A stretch of 61,246 nt of DNA, counting the filler. It is 7 parts of 7 records of this genome, joined end to end, with 100 filler letters (N's around TTAATTAATTAA, not from the genome) between each part and the next. Parts side by side here need not be neighbours in the genome. Positions count along the whole stretch, not along the records: positions 1 to 11,515 come from SRR31147125_7040; 6 more parts are not named here. One strand, written 5' to 3'. The notes under the pieces were generated by a model. It was not told the origin of the DNA. It saw nothing but the letters and a program-made list of their open reading frames with translations, and did not search any database. The stretch's first letter is position 1, and each line of letters begins with the position of its first letter. The translations under genes and the position numbers were made by a program. Shown in pieces: positions 1 to 10,183 of this stretch.

Positions 1-441
1 AAAAAAATGATCTCAATAGATGCATTTTTGAATTCAATGAGGGATTTATTTACTCTACTTTCATCAAGGAAAAAAGAAAAATGGCCTTTTGCTATACACT
101 ACCGTTTCCATCCCTTAACAATGATGAATAAAAGTAACATGAAATGTTATATGGATGTTCTTGCTAATTTGGGAGGAATCAAATTTATTGAAATCTCCAA
201 AGAAACAGCCCTTGAAGATATTCTTTACCATAATGAAGTAACCCTTATTACTGATATTAGTAGCCTTGCTATTTATGCCAATTCATTTAAAAAAAATATT
301 ATTGCTTATAATAAAATTATTGCCTCGTATGATAAAAATTATCTGAAAGAGGTAATCCTCCAACCAAAAATAATGTCCAGATTATTGTTAAAGAATGATA
401 TTTTAACCCATGAAACCCAAAGAGATAATTCTGGGAATTAA
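1..441 (+). CDS. 3' part of a putative GT-B glycosyltransferase / polysaccharide biosynthesis protein (5'-truncated)
   Basis: RFHP and ITDISSLAIYA segments resemble the HP and SS/T motifs of sialyl/CDP-glycerol transferase-like proteins; converges on wzx. Confidence 0.35.
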   Translation, partial: KKMISIDAFLNSMRDLFTLLSSRKKEKWPFAIHYRFHPLTMMNKSNMKCYMDVLANLGGIKFIEISKETALEDILYHNEVTLITDISSLAIYANSFKKNIIAYNKIIASYDKNYLKEVILQPKIMSRLLLKNDILTHETQRDNSGN

Positions 442-1925
442 AACGTTTTGATACTTTTAATGATTTTATTTTTGATGCTAATCAATTGCTCATTAACATC
501 TTCTGAGATTCTTAATATATAAATCATGATTAAATACAACATGCCTATTAATGAGCTTCTTATCAAAATATCAATTAGATAATTTTGAAATTTCGGAATA
601 GCGAAGTTAAGCAAAAATAATGACAAGGATATGCTTAGCACAATTAGGAATTTAGAATCGAAAGGTTGCAGTTTAAATAAACTGTTTGAAGTAAATATAA
701 ATAACGCGTTGTTAATAGTTTTGGCTAACAATGTGGCAAATGCCGCCCCAGCAATACCAAATCTAGGAATAAATAAAAAGTTAGTCACAACGATTAATAT
801 TGCATAAAATACCGTAATATAGGTTCCATATTTGTAATATCGGGAATTTGTAAGGATTAATCGACTTGCCCCGGATAGCATGTCAACAAGAAATGCCAAT
901 CCGATAAATATTATAACTATCCGTCCTTCTTCATATTTATTTGTAAGAATTATAAAAATATTATCGAGATTGATGATAATACCCAAAAACAATATGCATC
1001 CAATTATAAATTGGTTTAATGAGCTTTTGTAAGCAACAATCTTAATTGTTTCAAAGTCGTTGTTTTTCCATGCTTCGGCAATAACAGTAGTTGCAATTTT
1101 AAGGAGCGATCGTGAGGGGATTGCAATTATTGTCCCAAAATAAAAAGCAACAGAATAGATCCCAGTATATGACAATCCTAGATATGCTTCAAGCATTATC
1201 TTATCAATATTTAATGTAAGAATTCCTATTGCACTAGTAGCTATACCGAATAGTGCTACGGATACCATGGTATTCCTTAGCTGTTTGTCCACAAATTGCA
1301 ATTGGGGTTTTAAGATAAACTGCTTATCATAAATTATCATTAATAAAATCAGTAAGCCTGGAATGCAATAAGAAACAGTATAAATTAATACGAAGTGATT
1401 GGTATTCACAATTTCGATTACATAAATAAATACTGCAATTAAAGCACCTATTTTCTGAACCAATTCCCTTAATACAATGCCCCTAACAGCTTTATATGTC
1501 ACTTTATAATAATCATCGAGTGTGTTAAGGGTGAGTGTAAAGAATACTAGTGGGATTAGATAAAGTAGATATTTTAAAAATAAATCGTCGTGATTACGAT
1601 TTTTTAGTAAATAGTATTTTAGGACAAAAATGGCTAATACAGATAGTATAAATCCTATTATAGTTATTGAAACTGCTATAAACATAAAACCGTTATGGTT
1701 GTTCTTTTCGTTTCTAAAATATGCGAAAAGCCTTGAGGTTACAGCGCCAAAACCCAATCCTCCAATTAATCTAATGATTAAAGTATACGCTATTAGTATA
1801 TTTATTAGCCCAACGATTTCTGTATCAATTTTTGGCAGAAGGATGGCGGTATTTATGAATCCTACAATAACAGCAATGTATATAATTACTGTTCCTTTTA
1901 TCGCTTGTTGTTTAATTACTCCCAC
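438..1925 (-). CDS. wzx: Wzx-type polysaccharide flippase (MOP superfamily)
   Basis: About 12-14 hydrophobic segments; IDKIML, GIYSVA, LIPRFGIAGAA motifs; GTG at 1925 (MGVIKQQAIKGT) is the likelier start than 1943. Confidence 0.85.
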   Translation of the reverse strand: MGVIKQQAIKGTVIIYIAVIVGFINTAILLPKIDTEIVGLINILIAYTLIIRLIGGLGFGAVTSRLFAYFRNEKNNHNGFMFIAVSITIIGFILSVLAIFVLKYYLLKNRNHDDLFLKYLLYLIPLVFFTLTLNTLDDYYKVTYKAVRGIVLRELVQKIGALIAVFIYVIEIVNTNHFVLIYTVSYCIPGLLILLMIIYDKQFILKPQLQFVDKQLRNTMVSVALFGIATSAIGILTLNIDKIMLEAYLGLSYTGIYSVAFYFGTIIAIPSRSLLKIATTVIAEAWKNNDFETIKIVAYKSSLNQFIIGCILFLGIIINLDNIFIILTNKYEEGRIVIIFIGLAFLVDMLSGASRLILTNSRYYKYGTYITVFYAILIVVTNFLFIPRFGIAGAAFATLLAKTINNALFIFTSNSLFKLQPFDSKFLIVLSISLSLFLLNFAIPKFQNYLIDILIRSSLIGMLYLIMIYILRISEDVNEQLISIKNKIIKSIKTF

Positions 1926-2072
1926 AGTTATTTCAATATTCATGTATGATAATCCCGAGTTATCGGAATCGGGATCATGAGGGCAACCTAATTTATGGTC
2001 TGCTCCTATTCATCGGGGTTCCCGACATGGTCAATTAAATAAAAGAATTATATATTCGTAAAAAAATGAATC

Positions 2073-3097
2073 TTATTTTTGCAATAGTTGCATACTTAAT
2101 GGTGTCCCCCTTTTTATATTCACCCTGGCCTTTTTCCAAGTACATCTCTATAAAATTTTGGATGCATTCCAAAGCCTGGCCTGATGGACTTTATGTTCTT
2201 ATCGGTTATAGACTCACCAGTTTTTATATTTTCGACCACATACAATGATCTCGAAAATGCTCTGCTTTTCTGCATTTTTGGAGTAAGACTATAATCTACT
2301 TTTCCATTAGCTACTTCAGCCTCCCTAACGGCAATAACCATTTCAGAGAATTCGGTTTCATCAAGTGAGAATGATGCATCTGGCCCTCCTATTTTTTTAT
2401 TTAAAATAAAGTGTTTCTCAATAACTTTAGCTCCCATTGAAACAGCCAAAATGGGTATCGTAATTCCAAGGGAGTGATCGCTTAATCCTACATTTACATT
2501 AAATTTTTTTTCCAAATCATTTATCATAGACAAGTTAGATTCATCAATAGGAGTCGGGTATGCAGAGGTGCATTTTAGAAGAGTGATATCATCGTTACCC
2601 GCATCTCTACATGTTTTAACTGCCAGCTCAATATCTTCGAGGGTTGCTATACCTGTAGATATAATAACTGGTTTGCCTTTTGAAGCGACATATTCAATTA
2701 GTTGGACATCTGTAATCTCGAAAGATGCTATTTTGTAAATAGGATTGTTCAATTCTTCCAAAAAATTTACTGCACTATTATCAAACGGTGTACTGAAACA
2801 AACCAATCCTTCTTCATTGGCAGTTTTATACAGATCTGCATGCCAATCCCAAGGAGTACACGCTTTTTTATACAAATCATATAAATAATAACCATCCCAT
2901 ATGCCTCCTTTTATTTTAAAATCATCCGATTTACAATCAATGGTCATGGTGTCTGCCGTGTATGTTTGAAGTTTAATAGCATCGGCCCCCGCTCTTTTTA
3001 CCGCTTTAATTGTTTCAATAGCGATATCTTTATCGCCATTATGATTTGCAGATAATTCTGCAATTATAAATGTTTTATTGTTTCTGATGTAACTCAT
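2073..3097 (-). CDS. pseI: Pseudaminic acid synthase (apparent frameshift in C-terminal SAF domain)
   Basis: IIAELSANHNG, KLQTYTADTMTI, KIASFE, GLSDH, IEKHF; one extra A at ~2131-2135 restores GKKARVNIKRGTPLS and a stop at 2073. Confidence 0.92.
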
Positions 3098-3102
3098 ATT
3101 GG

Positions 3103-4576
3103 TTATCTTCTCAAAGACTTACTATAAGTGATATATTCATGATCTTTCTTGAAAATTTTAAAACCTAAATTCAAGAATATTTTCATTGAAGCAATATTAT
3201 CTCTTTTTACAATACCTATTATTTTTTTGAGTTCGAGTTCTTTCAAATTCAATAATTCTTGTATAGAGAGTTTTAACATTATAATTCCTAATCCTTTTCC
3301 TCTAAAGTTATTATCAATCGAATAATTAACTGTAACAATACCTTGGTTACAATTGAGCCTTACCTGACCAATAGGTCGATTATCCAGTTCAAAAAGGAAA
3401 AGATACGAATTATTACTTTCCAATTTTTTTATAAACCATTCTTTATGATCTTTAAATGGTATCGGTTTTGAGTTAATTGAGTTTTGTCTTGTGAGTTTTT
3501 CGTTAGCCCATTCGAAGTATAAATTGATGTCTTCCGGCCCGGGCTGTCTGATTAATATTTTTTTCTATCTCCAGTGCTTTGAAAACCTTAATTAATCTCT
3601 CAGGAATTCGAAAATCCATTACATGAGAACTTTTCTTGTTTTCAAGTGAATTTTTAAGAGAATTGATTTCTTTGGCAGTAATTGTTTTTTCTTTTAGATT
3701 TCCAATTATCAACAGGTCGTCATATTTGTTTTTTAGCCTTGAAGACATCAGTTTTTGGTTGTTGGTGTAATATCCAGATATCGCAGGAAGATCCTGTGAC
3801 AATACTTCTAATAAGATAGTACTACAGGGTATCACCGCGAAATCAGCCCTAGAGAATAGGTTGATCAATTGAATTGCATTTACATTCTTATGTATTTCAA
3901 TTTCGTATTCATTTTCAACTTGGCGAATAAGTTTTTTTAATATCGATTCATGCGAATATGCACTGCCTATAACGATTGAAATCCTTTTAATATCAGTATT
4001 TGCAATTAATTCATTTGTTGTTTTATAGGTTAGGTTTTCCGGATCAGCCCCACCATAACACACAATAGCATGAAGTAAGGTTTCAGGATTATTTATGGTA
4101 GTGGTATTAAAAAAAGGTTGGCGTAAAAGTGCATAATCAATACCTAAACACATCCTTGTGAAAGGTTCACAAATTAAATCGTCTGGCAAAATTCCCGGAT
4201 TGTGGTTTATTACAACATCTGCAAAGTAGTGCTTATCTCCTAGATCATCAATACACACAAGAGAGCAGCCTTTCCTTTTAATTTCTTTTTGATATTCTGT
4301 CGTATAAAAATAGTTGTCTAGCACAACAATTTCATCCCCATTTAGTTGGTTCAAAAAAGCATCAAAATGTTTATTGTTTTCTTCTGGTAAAAAACTAATT
4401 GAAGAGCAGATATTATTGATTTCATTTTGAATTGTTTTACTCAAGTATCGTGTTGCAAATGTGCATTCAAAATGATTTTTGAGCATTTCTGCCAAGGCTA
4501 AACATCTCATAATATGGCCAAATCCAATTTCCCTGTTACCATCCGCTCTAAACACTATTTTTGTCAATGTTTTCAA
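3103..4576 (-). CDS. pseG: PseG UDP-sugar hydrolase fused to a PseH-like GNAT N-acetyltransferase (split by frameshift at ~3560)
   Basis: FRADGNREIGFGHIMRCLALA and GGADP motifs; the shifted frame reads DINLYFEWANEKLTRQNS...HKEWF into ORF 3103-3423. Confidence 0.85.
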
Positions 4577-4603
4577 TTCTTATTTATAGTAGATCGATTA
4601 GAA

Positions 4604-5146
4604 CTAATGATTTGGATTTAATATGGCATAGTTAATAATATTAAAATATCTGCCATGTTTATAAAAAGCGTCTATTTGTACTCCTTCTTTTTTCATTTTG
4701 AGTTTTTCACATAGACGGTTCATGCCAATATTGTCTTTAACCGTACCGCAATAAATGCGATGGAATCCTAAATTCTCAAAACCATGATCAATTAAGATTT
4801 CGCCAGCTTCTTTCATATATCCCTTGCCCCAAAATGATTTATCTCCAAGTAAAAATGCAATCTCAGCACTCCGGTTGATCCAATTTATTGCCTGCAAGGA
4901 AATATTTCCGATATGTTGGTTACTTTTTTTCTCAATAACAGCCAAGACAATAAGATCATTGCTGTTTTGTGTATGTTCAAAATAAGCTCTCATCTTGGAT
5001 TGTGTAATTGGGAAATAAGCGTGAGAATTATATTTGCATACATCCGAATCGTTTAACCAGTTTTGATAGGGCCCTTTTAAATCGTCTTCTATTAATGGTC
5101 TTAAGTATAATCGCGGGGTTTCCAAAAAGTGTTTTTTTTGCATCAT
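4604..5146 (-). CDS. RimJ/RimL-type GNAT N-acyltransferase
   Basis: ETPRLYLRPL, HIGNISL, FWGKGY, GFHRIYCG. Confidence 0.85.
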   Translation of the reverse strand: MMQKKHFLETPRLYLRPLIEDDLKGPYQNWLNDSDVCKYNSHAYFPITQSKMRAYFEHTQNSNDLIVLAVIEKKSNQHIGNISLQAINWINRSAEIAFLLGDKSFWGKGYMKEAGEILIDHGFENLGFHRIYCGTVKDNIGMNRLCEKLKMKKEGVQIDAFYKHGRYFNIINYAILNPNH

Positions 5147-6102
5147 AGTATATATAAAAAAAGTTCTTGATAAGATTTTACGATATTGTCATTCTTTAAA
5201 TAACCTTTCAGAGGATCGTTCTTTTCTTTAACTATAAGTCTTATAATTGGCTTTTTCATTATATCAGCTTCTAATAATATATTTGAGAAAAAGCCTATAA
5301 CTCGCTCAGAATAGTAAATTAATGTGTTCAAATCTATATTTTGGGATGTATCATCTAAGAGTATTAGATTTTTGTTAGTTATGTTTAGATTTGAAATTTT
5401 GTCTAAATTCTGATTTGGGTGTAATTTAACAACTATTTTTTTCTCTCTATTATTTTTATGCAGGGCATCGTGCAGCCTTTTCAAGAATTCAATCTCGTTT
5501 ATTCCCCATTTTTCGGGATCTTCTGTATTTGTGATAGGATCAGGGGCAACTAGAGTGTAATTCTCGTCTGGTCTTAAATTTAAGGATTTAAGAACTTCTT
5601 CTTTTTCTATTTTAGGTTTCCATTTTGATAAATAATCATGGTAAGGATTTCCATAAACGACTAGCTTTGACTTAGGAAGGGATTCTTCTTCAGCCAGTTT
5701 TTTTGCCCTTTCGTCAATTACCAATATATAGGTTGGGAGAATAATATTGTTGTTTGTATCTGTAAATCTACTTCGAAAATTTGTCCAGTGATCAATGAAG
5801 GAATAACTCGTGATATTTAGTTTATTCGCAATCTGTATGATTTTTTTTTCAATATCGGAAGTATATGATGTTCCTGTAAAAATAAAATCTGGCTTGTAGT
5901 TTTCAATTGTATACTCAGTTGCTACATTTATCACTTGAACATTTACATTAAAAATACTTGAAAAGGAATAATCCCTGTCAGAAATAATCAGCGTTTTATT
6001 TTTTTTTCTGTATTGAGCAGCTATTGATAGAACTGGTTTAGCCCCACCTGGATCACTAAAGACAAAAAGACCTTTACCCTTAAATGGAATCATTATTATC
6101 AA
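5143..6102 (-). CDS. Putative GT-B fold transferase in the nonulosonate cluster
   Basis: SDPGGA, FIDHWTNF, GNPY, VKLHP, SNILLEA motifs; stop/start overlaps with neighbours. Confidence 0.5.
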   Translation of the reverse strand: MIIMIPFKGKGLFVFSDPGGAKPVLSIAAQYRKKNKTLIISDRDYSFSSIFNVNVQVINVATEYTIENYKPDFIFTGTSYTSDIEKKIIQIANKLNITSYSFIDHWTNFRSRFTDTNNNIILPTYILVIDERAKKLAEEESLPKSKLVVYGNPYHDYLSKWKPKIEKEEVLKSLNLRPDENYTLVAPDPITNTEDPEKWGINEIEFLKRLHDALHKNNREKKIVVKLHPNQNLDKISNLNITNKNLILLDDTSQNIDLNTLIYYSERVIGFFSNILLEADIMKKPIIRLIVKEKNDPLKGYLKNDNIVKSYQELFLYIL

Positions 6103-7340
6103 ATTTGGTAATACTTTGCTACTTTTTGAAAAGCAGCGAATACATCATCCAAATCTTCTTCAGACATTCCGGGACGTATATATTCATGTGTTATTAATTC
6201 TTTGAAGTGCATTTTTTCAGCAATAGGACATAGCCCTTTTTGATAGTCTAGTCCTTTCTCTTTATAAATTGATTGAAAATACAGAGGTTTTACGTAACCT
6301 GAGCCAATTAAAGGAGTGTCTTCCCTAAGCACTGCCGAAGGGATTTCTGCTTTTATTGCCTCTACAAATTTATTTCTATCTACTTTAAAAGCTTCTAAAT
6401 TGAACTTGAGAGCCTGAACATAATATACATGCTTGGCTCCACTATAAATTTTTGGACATGTAATTCCTTCAATTCCACTAAGTTTCTTTTCCAAATAATT
6501 TGCGTTTTCGATTCTTCGTTTAATTAATTGAGGAAGTTTTTTTAACTGTTCTATACCGATAGCAGACTCAATTTCTGTCATTCTATAGTTGAATCCATAT
6601 AAGTCTTTATGTTTACTTTTTTTTGCATCGACAACAGCCTCTGCATGATTACGTATAAGCTGACAGCGTTCTGCAAGTTTCTCATTATTAGTTACTATCA
6701 TTCCGCCTTCTCCGGTATGGATATGTTTGTGATAGTTTAAGCTAAACACACCTATGTCGCCAAAGTTTCCAACATATGTATCATCGATTTTTGCTAAAGG
6801 AGACTGAGCACAATCTTCAATTATTTTTAGGTTATATTTTTTACCTATTGCAACAATTTCTTTCATTTTGCATGGATTGCCAAAAATATGTACCACCAAT
6901 ATGGCCTTTGTTTTGGATGTAATTCTTGACTCGATGCTCTCTGGGGACAGGCCGAAATTATCACTGTCAATATCTGCAAAGACAGGGATAGCCCCATATA
7001 TCATTGGAGCAATAGCCCCTGCTGACATGGTATAAGGAGATACAATAACTTCATCTCCTTGTTGAATACCGCATGCCCCTATTGCTGTATATAATCCTGA
7101 AGTATTGGAATTTACTGATATAGCGTATTTACAATTATATAATTTTTTCCATTCTTGTTCAAATTGATTAACCATTGGTCCACCATAGAAGTCTTTATGC
7201 CATGCACCTAAATATTGTGAAAGATTTCCACTATCTAATACCTTCATTACTGCGGACTTTTCTTCTTCGCCAATTGTATTATATGCTGGAAAAAGTTTGC
7301 TTCTTATGGGTTGTCCACCGTCAATTGCTAAAGTGTTCAT
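6099..7340 (-). CDS. DegT/DnrJ/EryC1/StrS PLP-dependent sugar aminotransferase
   Basis: IIEDCAQS, FSLNYHKHIHTGEGG, GFNYRMTE. Confidence 0.92.
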   Translation of the reverse strand: MNTLAIDGGQPIRSKLFPAYNTIGEEEKSAVMKVLDSGNLSQYLGAWHKDFYGGPMVNQFEQEWKKLYNCKYAISVNSNTSGLYTAIGACGIQQGDEVIVSPYTMSAGAIAPMIYGAIPVFADIDSDNFGLSPESIESRITSKTKAILVVHIFGNPCKMKEIVAIGKKYNLKIIEDCAQSPLAKIDDTYVGNFGDIGVFSLNYHKHIHTGEGGMIVTNNEKLAERCQLIRNHAEAVVDAKKSKHKDLYGFNYRMTEIESAIGIEQLKKLPQLIKRRIENANYLEKKLSGIEGITCPKIYSGAKHVYYVQALKFNLEAFKVDRNKFVEAIKAEIPSAVLREDTPLIGSGYVKPLYFQSIYKEKGLDYQKGLCPIAEKMHFKELITHEYIRPGMSEEDLDDVFAAFQKVAKYYQI

Positions 7341-8254
7341 ATTGATTCAATTATATTGATCATGTAAGCATTTATCCCGATTGCACTTTCAAAGTTATCC
7401 ATATATTGGTTGTCGTTGCACATCTTATAAGCAACATTCATAACAGGTTTCATATAATTTTTTAATACATTGTTGAATTGTAAATACATAGAGCCATTTT
7501 TTAAAATATTGATTTTATTTCCTCCATTTAGTATGCGGAAATATGTGTTAGAAAATAGCAGATCTATTTCAAAAGTTGAATAATTAATGTTTTCATAACC
7601 GCTTACCTGTAATACTGCTTGGTTAAATTTTCCAACAAGAGATAAAGTAGGATCTTTTTCAAAGAAATCGTAAGAATAATGCAAGATTTTTGGATCTTCA
7701 ATATTGATTGATCTATTAAACAGAAATTCTATTGTATCAAAAGCATGGGAACAATTATTTATAAAACCTCGGTTATATCTTATATTGATATAATGTAATA
7801 TTTCGTTTTTTTGGATTTCTGTAAGCATATTTTTTAATTCTCCATAGAGCTTTGAGAATCGACGTATATAATTAACAAGAATAGAGGTGTTAGCTAGATG
7901 ATATTTTTTTTTTAGGGTTTTTAATTCATGGGTACAATAAGTAATAGGTTTTTCGCATATTACTGTGGGAACCTCAGCTTCAAAGCATTGAGATAGAAAT
8001 GAGTAATGGGTTGATGTTGGGGTGCAAATACTTACAATATCATATTGTTTGAGTGAATCGTAGCTTACGGATTTTAGTATTGGCACTTTGTATTTTTGGG
8101 ATATTATTTGCGCTTTATTGATATCAGTATCAAAAACTTCGAATTTAAAGTTTTTATTTGTATGATAAGCTTTTGCATGTGTCAAAATATTATGTGAGTC
8201 AATATCATATAGACCACCTATATTTCCGCATCCTATTATCAAACTCTTGTACAT
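7337..8254 (-). CDS. Gfo/Idh/MocA family oxidoreductase
   Basis: IIGCGNIG Rossmann motif, ICTPTSTH, CEKP, NYIRRF. Confidence 0.85.
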   Translation of the reverse strand: MYKSLIIGCGNIGGLYDIDSHNILTHAKAYHTNKNFKFEVFDTDINKAQIISQKYKVPILKSVSYDSLKQYDIVSICTPTSTHYSFLSQCFEAEVPTVICEKPITYCTHELKTLKKKYHLANTSILVNYIRRFSKLYGELKNMLTEIQKNEILHYINIRYNRGFINNCSHAFDTIEFLFNRSINIEDPKILHYSYDFFEKDPTLSLVGKFNQAVLQVSGYENINYSTFEIDLLFSNTYFRILNGGNKINILKNGSMYLQFNNVLKNYMKPVMNVAYKMCNDNQYMDNFESAIGINAYMINIIESI

Positions 8255-8348
8255 ATAATTTGGTATATATTCAATTTTTCTGTAACATGGTTACTGTAAA
8301 TAATATGATAATGATTTATATATCTAACTATTTTTCTGTTCTTTAGTA

Positions 8349-9032
8349 TCAAATTTTGTTTTGTGAAATTTGATATTTTAGTTCAGCAAGACTCCAATCC
8401 GTTTCATTATCAATATCTTGTACAGATATCTCGCTAACTTCAACAAAGCCTGAATTCTCGGTAAATAATTTTTTCTTTTTAATAAAGATCTGGGAATTAA
8501 ACCAATAAAACTGCCCAACATCGTGGTAACGTGCCTCTAGATCCTGCGAACGACTGTTAAGATGTTCTGGCCATACCATATTAATTTTTTCACCTGATAT
8601 TTTTAAAGATCTCTGGATTGGGTAACTAAACTTTACTACTGGGAATACAGTATCTAATTTGTTTTCAATGAGTTTATTATAGGATTTTTTTAAAATATCT
8701 TTTGTAATAAATGGTGCAGTTGGATATATACAACATATATTATCAAATTTTTGATTGTAATTACCTAGAACCTCTAATATTACATCAGCTGTGGTGGCGT
8801 AATCGCTAGCATTTTTAATACTACGCAAAAAAGGAACTTTTGCACCATATTTTTTAGCTATTGAAGCAATTTCCTCATCTTCTGTAGAAACTATGATCTC
8901 ATTAAATATTCCTGAAGCAATTGCTGTTTCAACTGAATAAGCTATGATAGGTTTGCCAAGGAAATTCCTTATATTTTTTCTTGGTATTCTTTTACTTCCA
9001 CCGCGAGCGGGAATTATTGCTAAATTTTTCAT
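8349..9032 (-). CDS. pseF: Pseudaminic acid cytidylyltransferase
   Basis: AIIPARGGSKRIPRKN, RSQDL, QDIDNETDW; context. Confidence 0.92.
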   Translation of the reverse strand: MKNLAIIPARGGSKRIPRKNIRNFLGKPIIAYSVETAIASGIFNEIIVSTEDEEIASIAKKYGAKVPFLRSIKNASDYATTADVILEVLGNYNQKFDNICCIYPTAPFITKDILKKSYNKLIENKLDTVFPVVKFSYPIQRSLKISGEKINMVWPEHLNSRSQDLEARYHDVGQFYWFNSQIFIKKKKLFTENSGFVEVSEISVQDIDNETDWSLAELKYQISQNKI

Positions 9033-10183
9033 TGATAAAACTCTAAAACTTTTTTAATGACAAATTTTTGTTCATCTTTTGTTAATGTTGGGAAAATAGG
9101 TAAACTGATACATTTTTTGTAATAAGACTCTACTCTTGGGAGATCCCCTTCTTTCCATCCTAATTTTTTATAGTACTGCTGCAAGTGAACAGGTATGTAA
9201 TGGATTTGTGCAAAAATATTTTCTTTGACAAGGGATTTGTGCAATTCATCCCTTTCTTCTGCGAGAATAACATATAAATGAAAAGCGTGAAAAATATTTT
9301 TGTCCCTAAAAGGGATAGTGATATTTTTATTTCCGGCAAAGGCTTTATCGTAAAATGAAGCAATTTCATTTCTTTTTTGTACACCTTCATTTGCCCTTTT
9401 CAACTGACTAATCCCAAGAGCAGCCTGTATATTTGTAAGGCGGTAGTTATAGCCTAATTCTTGCATTTCATAATACCAGATACCGTGATTTTCTGTATGT
9501 TTGTTTTTATCTAATTGAACGCCATGTGTTCTTAAATTGAGTAATCTTTTGTATAGTTTTTCATTATTTGTTGTAACCATCCCACCTTCGCCACAAGCAA
9601 TATGTTTAACAGGGTGAAATGAAAAAATGGAAAAATCAGAAAATTTGCTGTTCCCACAGAATTGTTTTGTTCCATTACTATCTACAAAATAACCACCAGG
9701 TGCATGACAAGCATCTTCGATTATTTTCAATGAGAATTTTTCAGCAACCTTTTTCAACTTCTCCATGTTATGCGGATAACCTGCAAAATCAACAGGAATA
9801 ATACCTTTGTAGGTGTTTTTGGGAGAAGATTGCAGTTTTTTTTCTAAGGCATTTAAGTCAAGTAAGAAGGTTTTTGAATCAATATCGACAAACTCAATTT
9901 CACCACCACAATATCTTATACAATTGGCTGATGCTAGAAAAGTATTTGGCGTTGTTATCCACTTATTTCCAGGTTTTACATCTAAAGCCATTGCTGAGAG
10001 ATGAAGAGCCGCCGTTCCGTTGCTACAGGCAACAGCATAATTTGTGTCAACGTATTTCGCAAATTTTTCTTCGAATTCGGCAATGTTAGGTCCCTGGGTT
10101 AAAAAATCAGACTTTAATACTTCTATTACACTATTAATATCATTATCTGTTATATTTTGCCTTCCATACGGTATTGACTTCAT
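9029..10183 (-). CDS. pseC: UDP-4-amino-4,6-dideoxy-N-acetyl-beta-L-altrosamine transaminase
   Basis: IPYGRQ, LTQGP, FSFHPVKHIACGEGG, LGYNYRL. Confidence 0.93.
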   Translation of the reverse strand: MKSIPYGRQNITDNDINSVIEVLKSDFLTQGPNIAEFEEKFAKYVDTNYAVACSNGTAALHLSAMALDVKPGNKWITTPNTFLASANCIRYCGGEIEFVDIDSKTFLLDLNALEKKLQSSPKNTYKGIIPVDFAGYPHNMEKLKKVAEKFSLKIIEDACHAPGGYFVDSNGTKQFCGNSKFSDFSIFSFHPVKHIACGEGGMVTTNNEKLYKRLLNLRTHGVQLDKNKHTENHGIWYYEMQELGYNYRLTNIQAALGISQLKRANEGVQKRNEIASFYDKAFAGNKNITIPFRDKNIFHAFHLYVILAEERDELHKSLVKENIFAQIHYIPVHLQQYYKKLGWKEGDLPRVESYYKKCISLPIFPTLTKDEQKFVIKKVLEFYQ

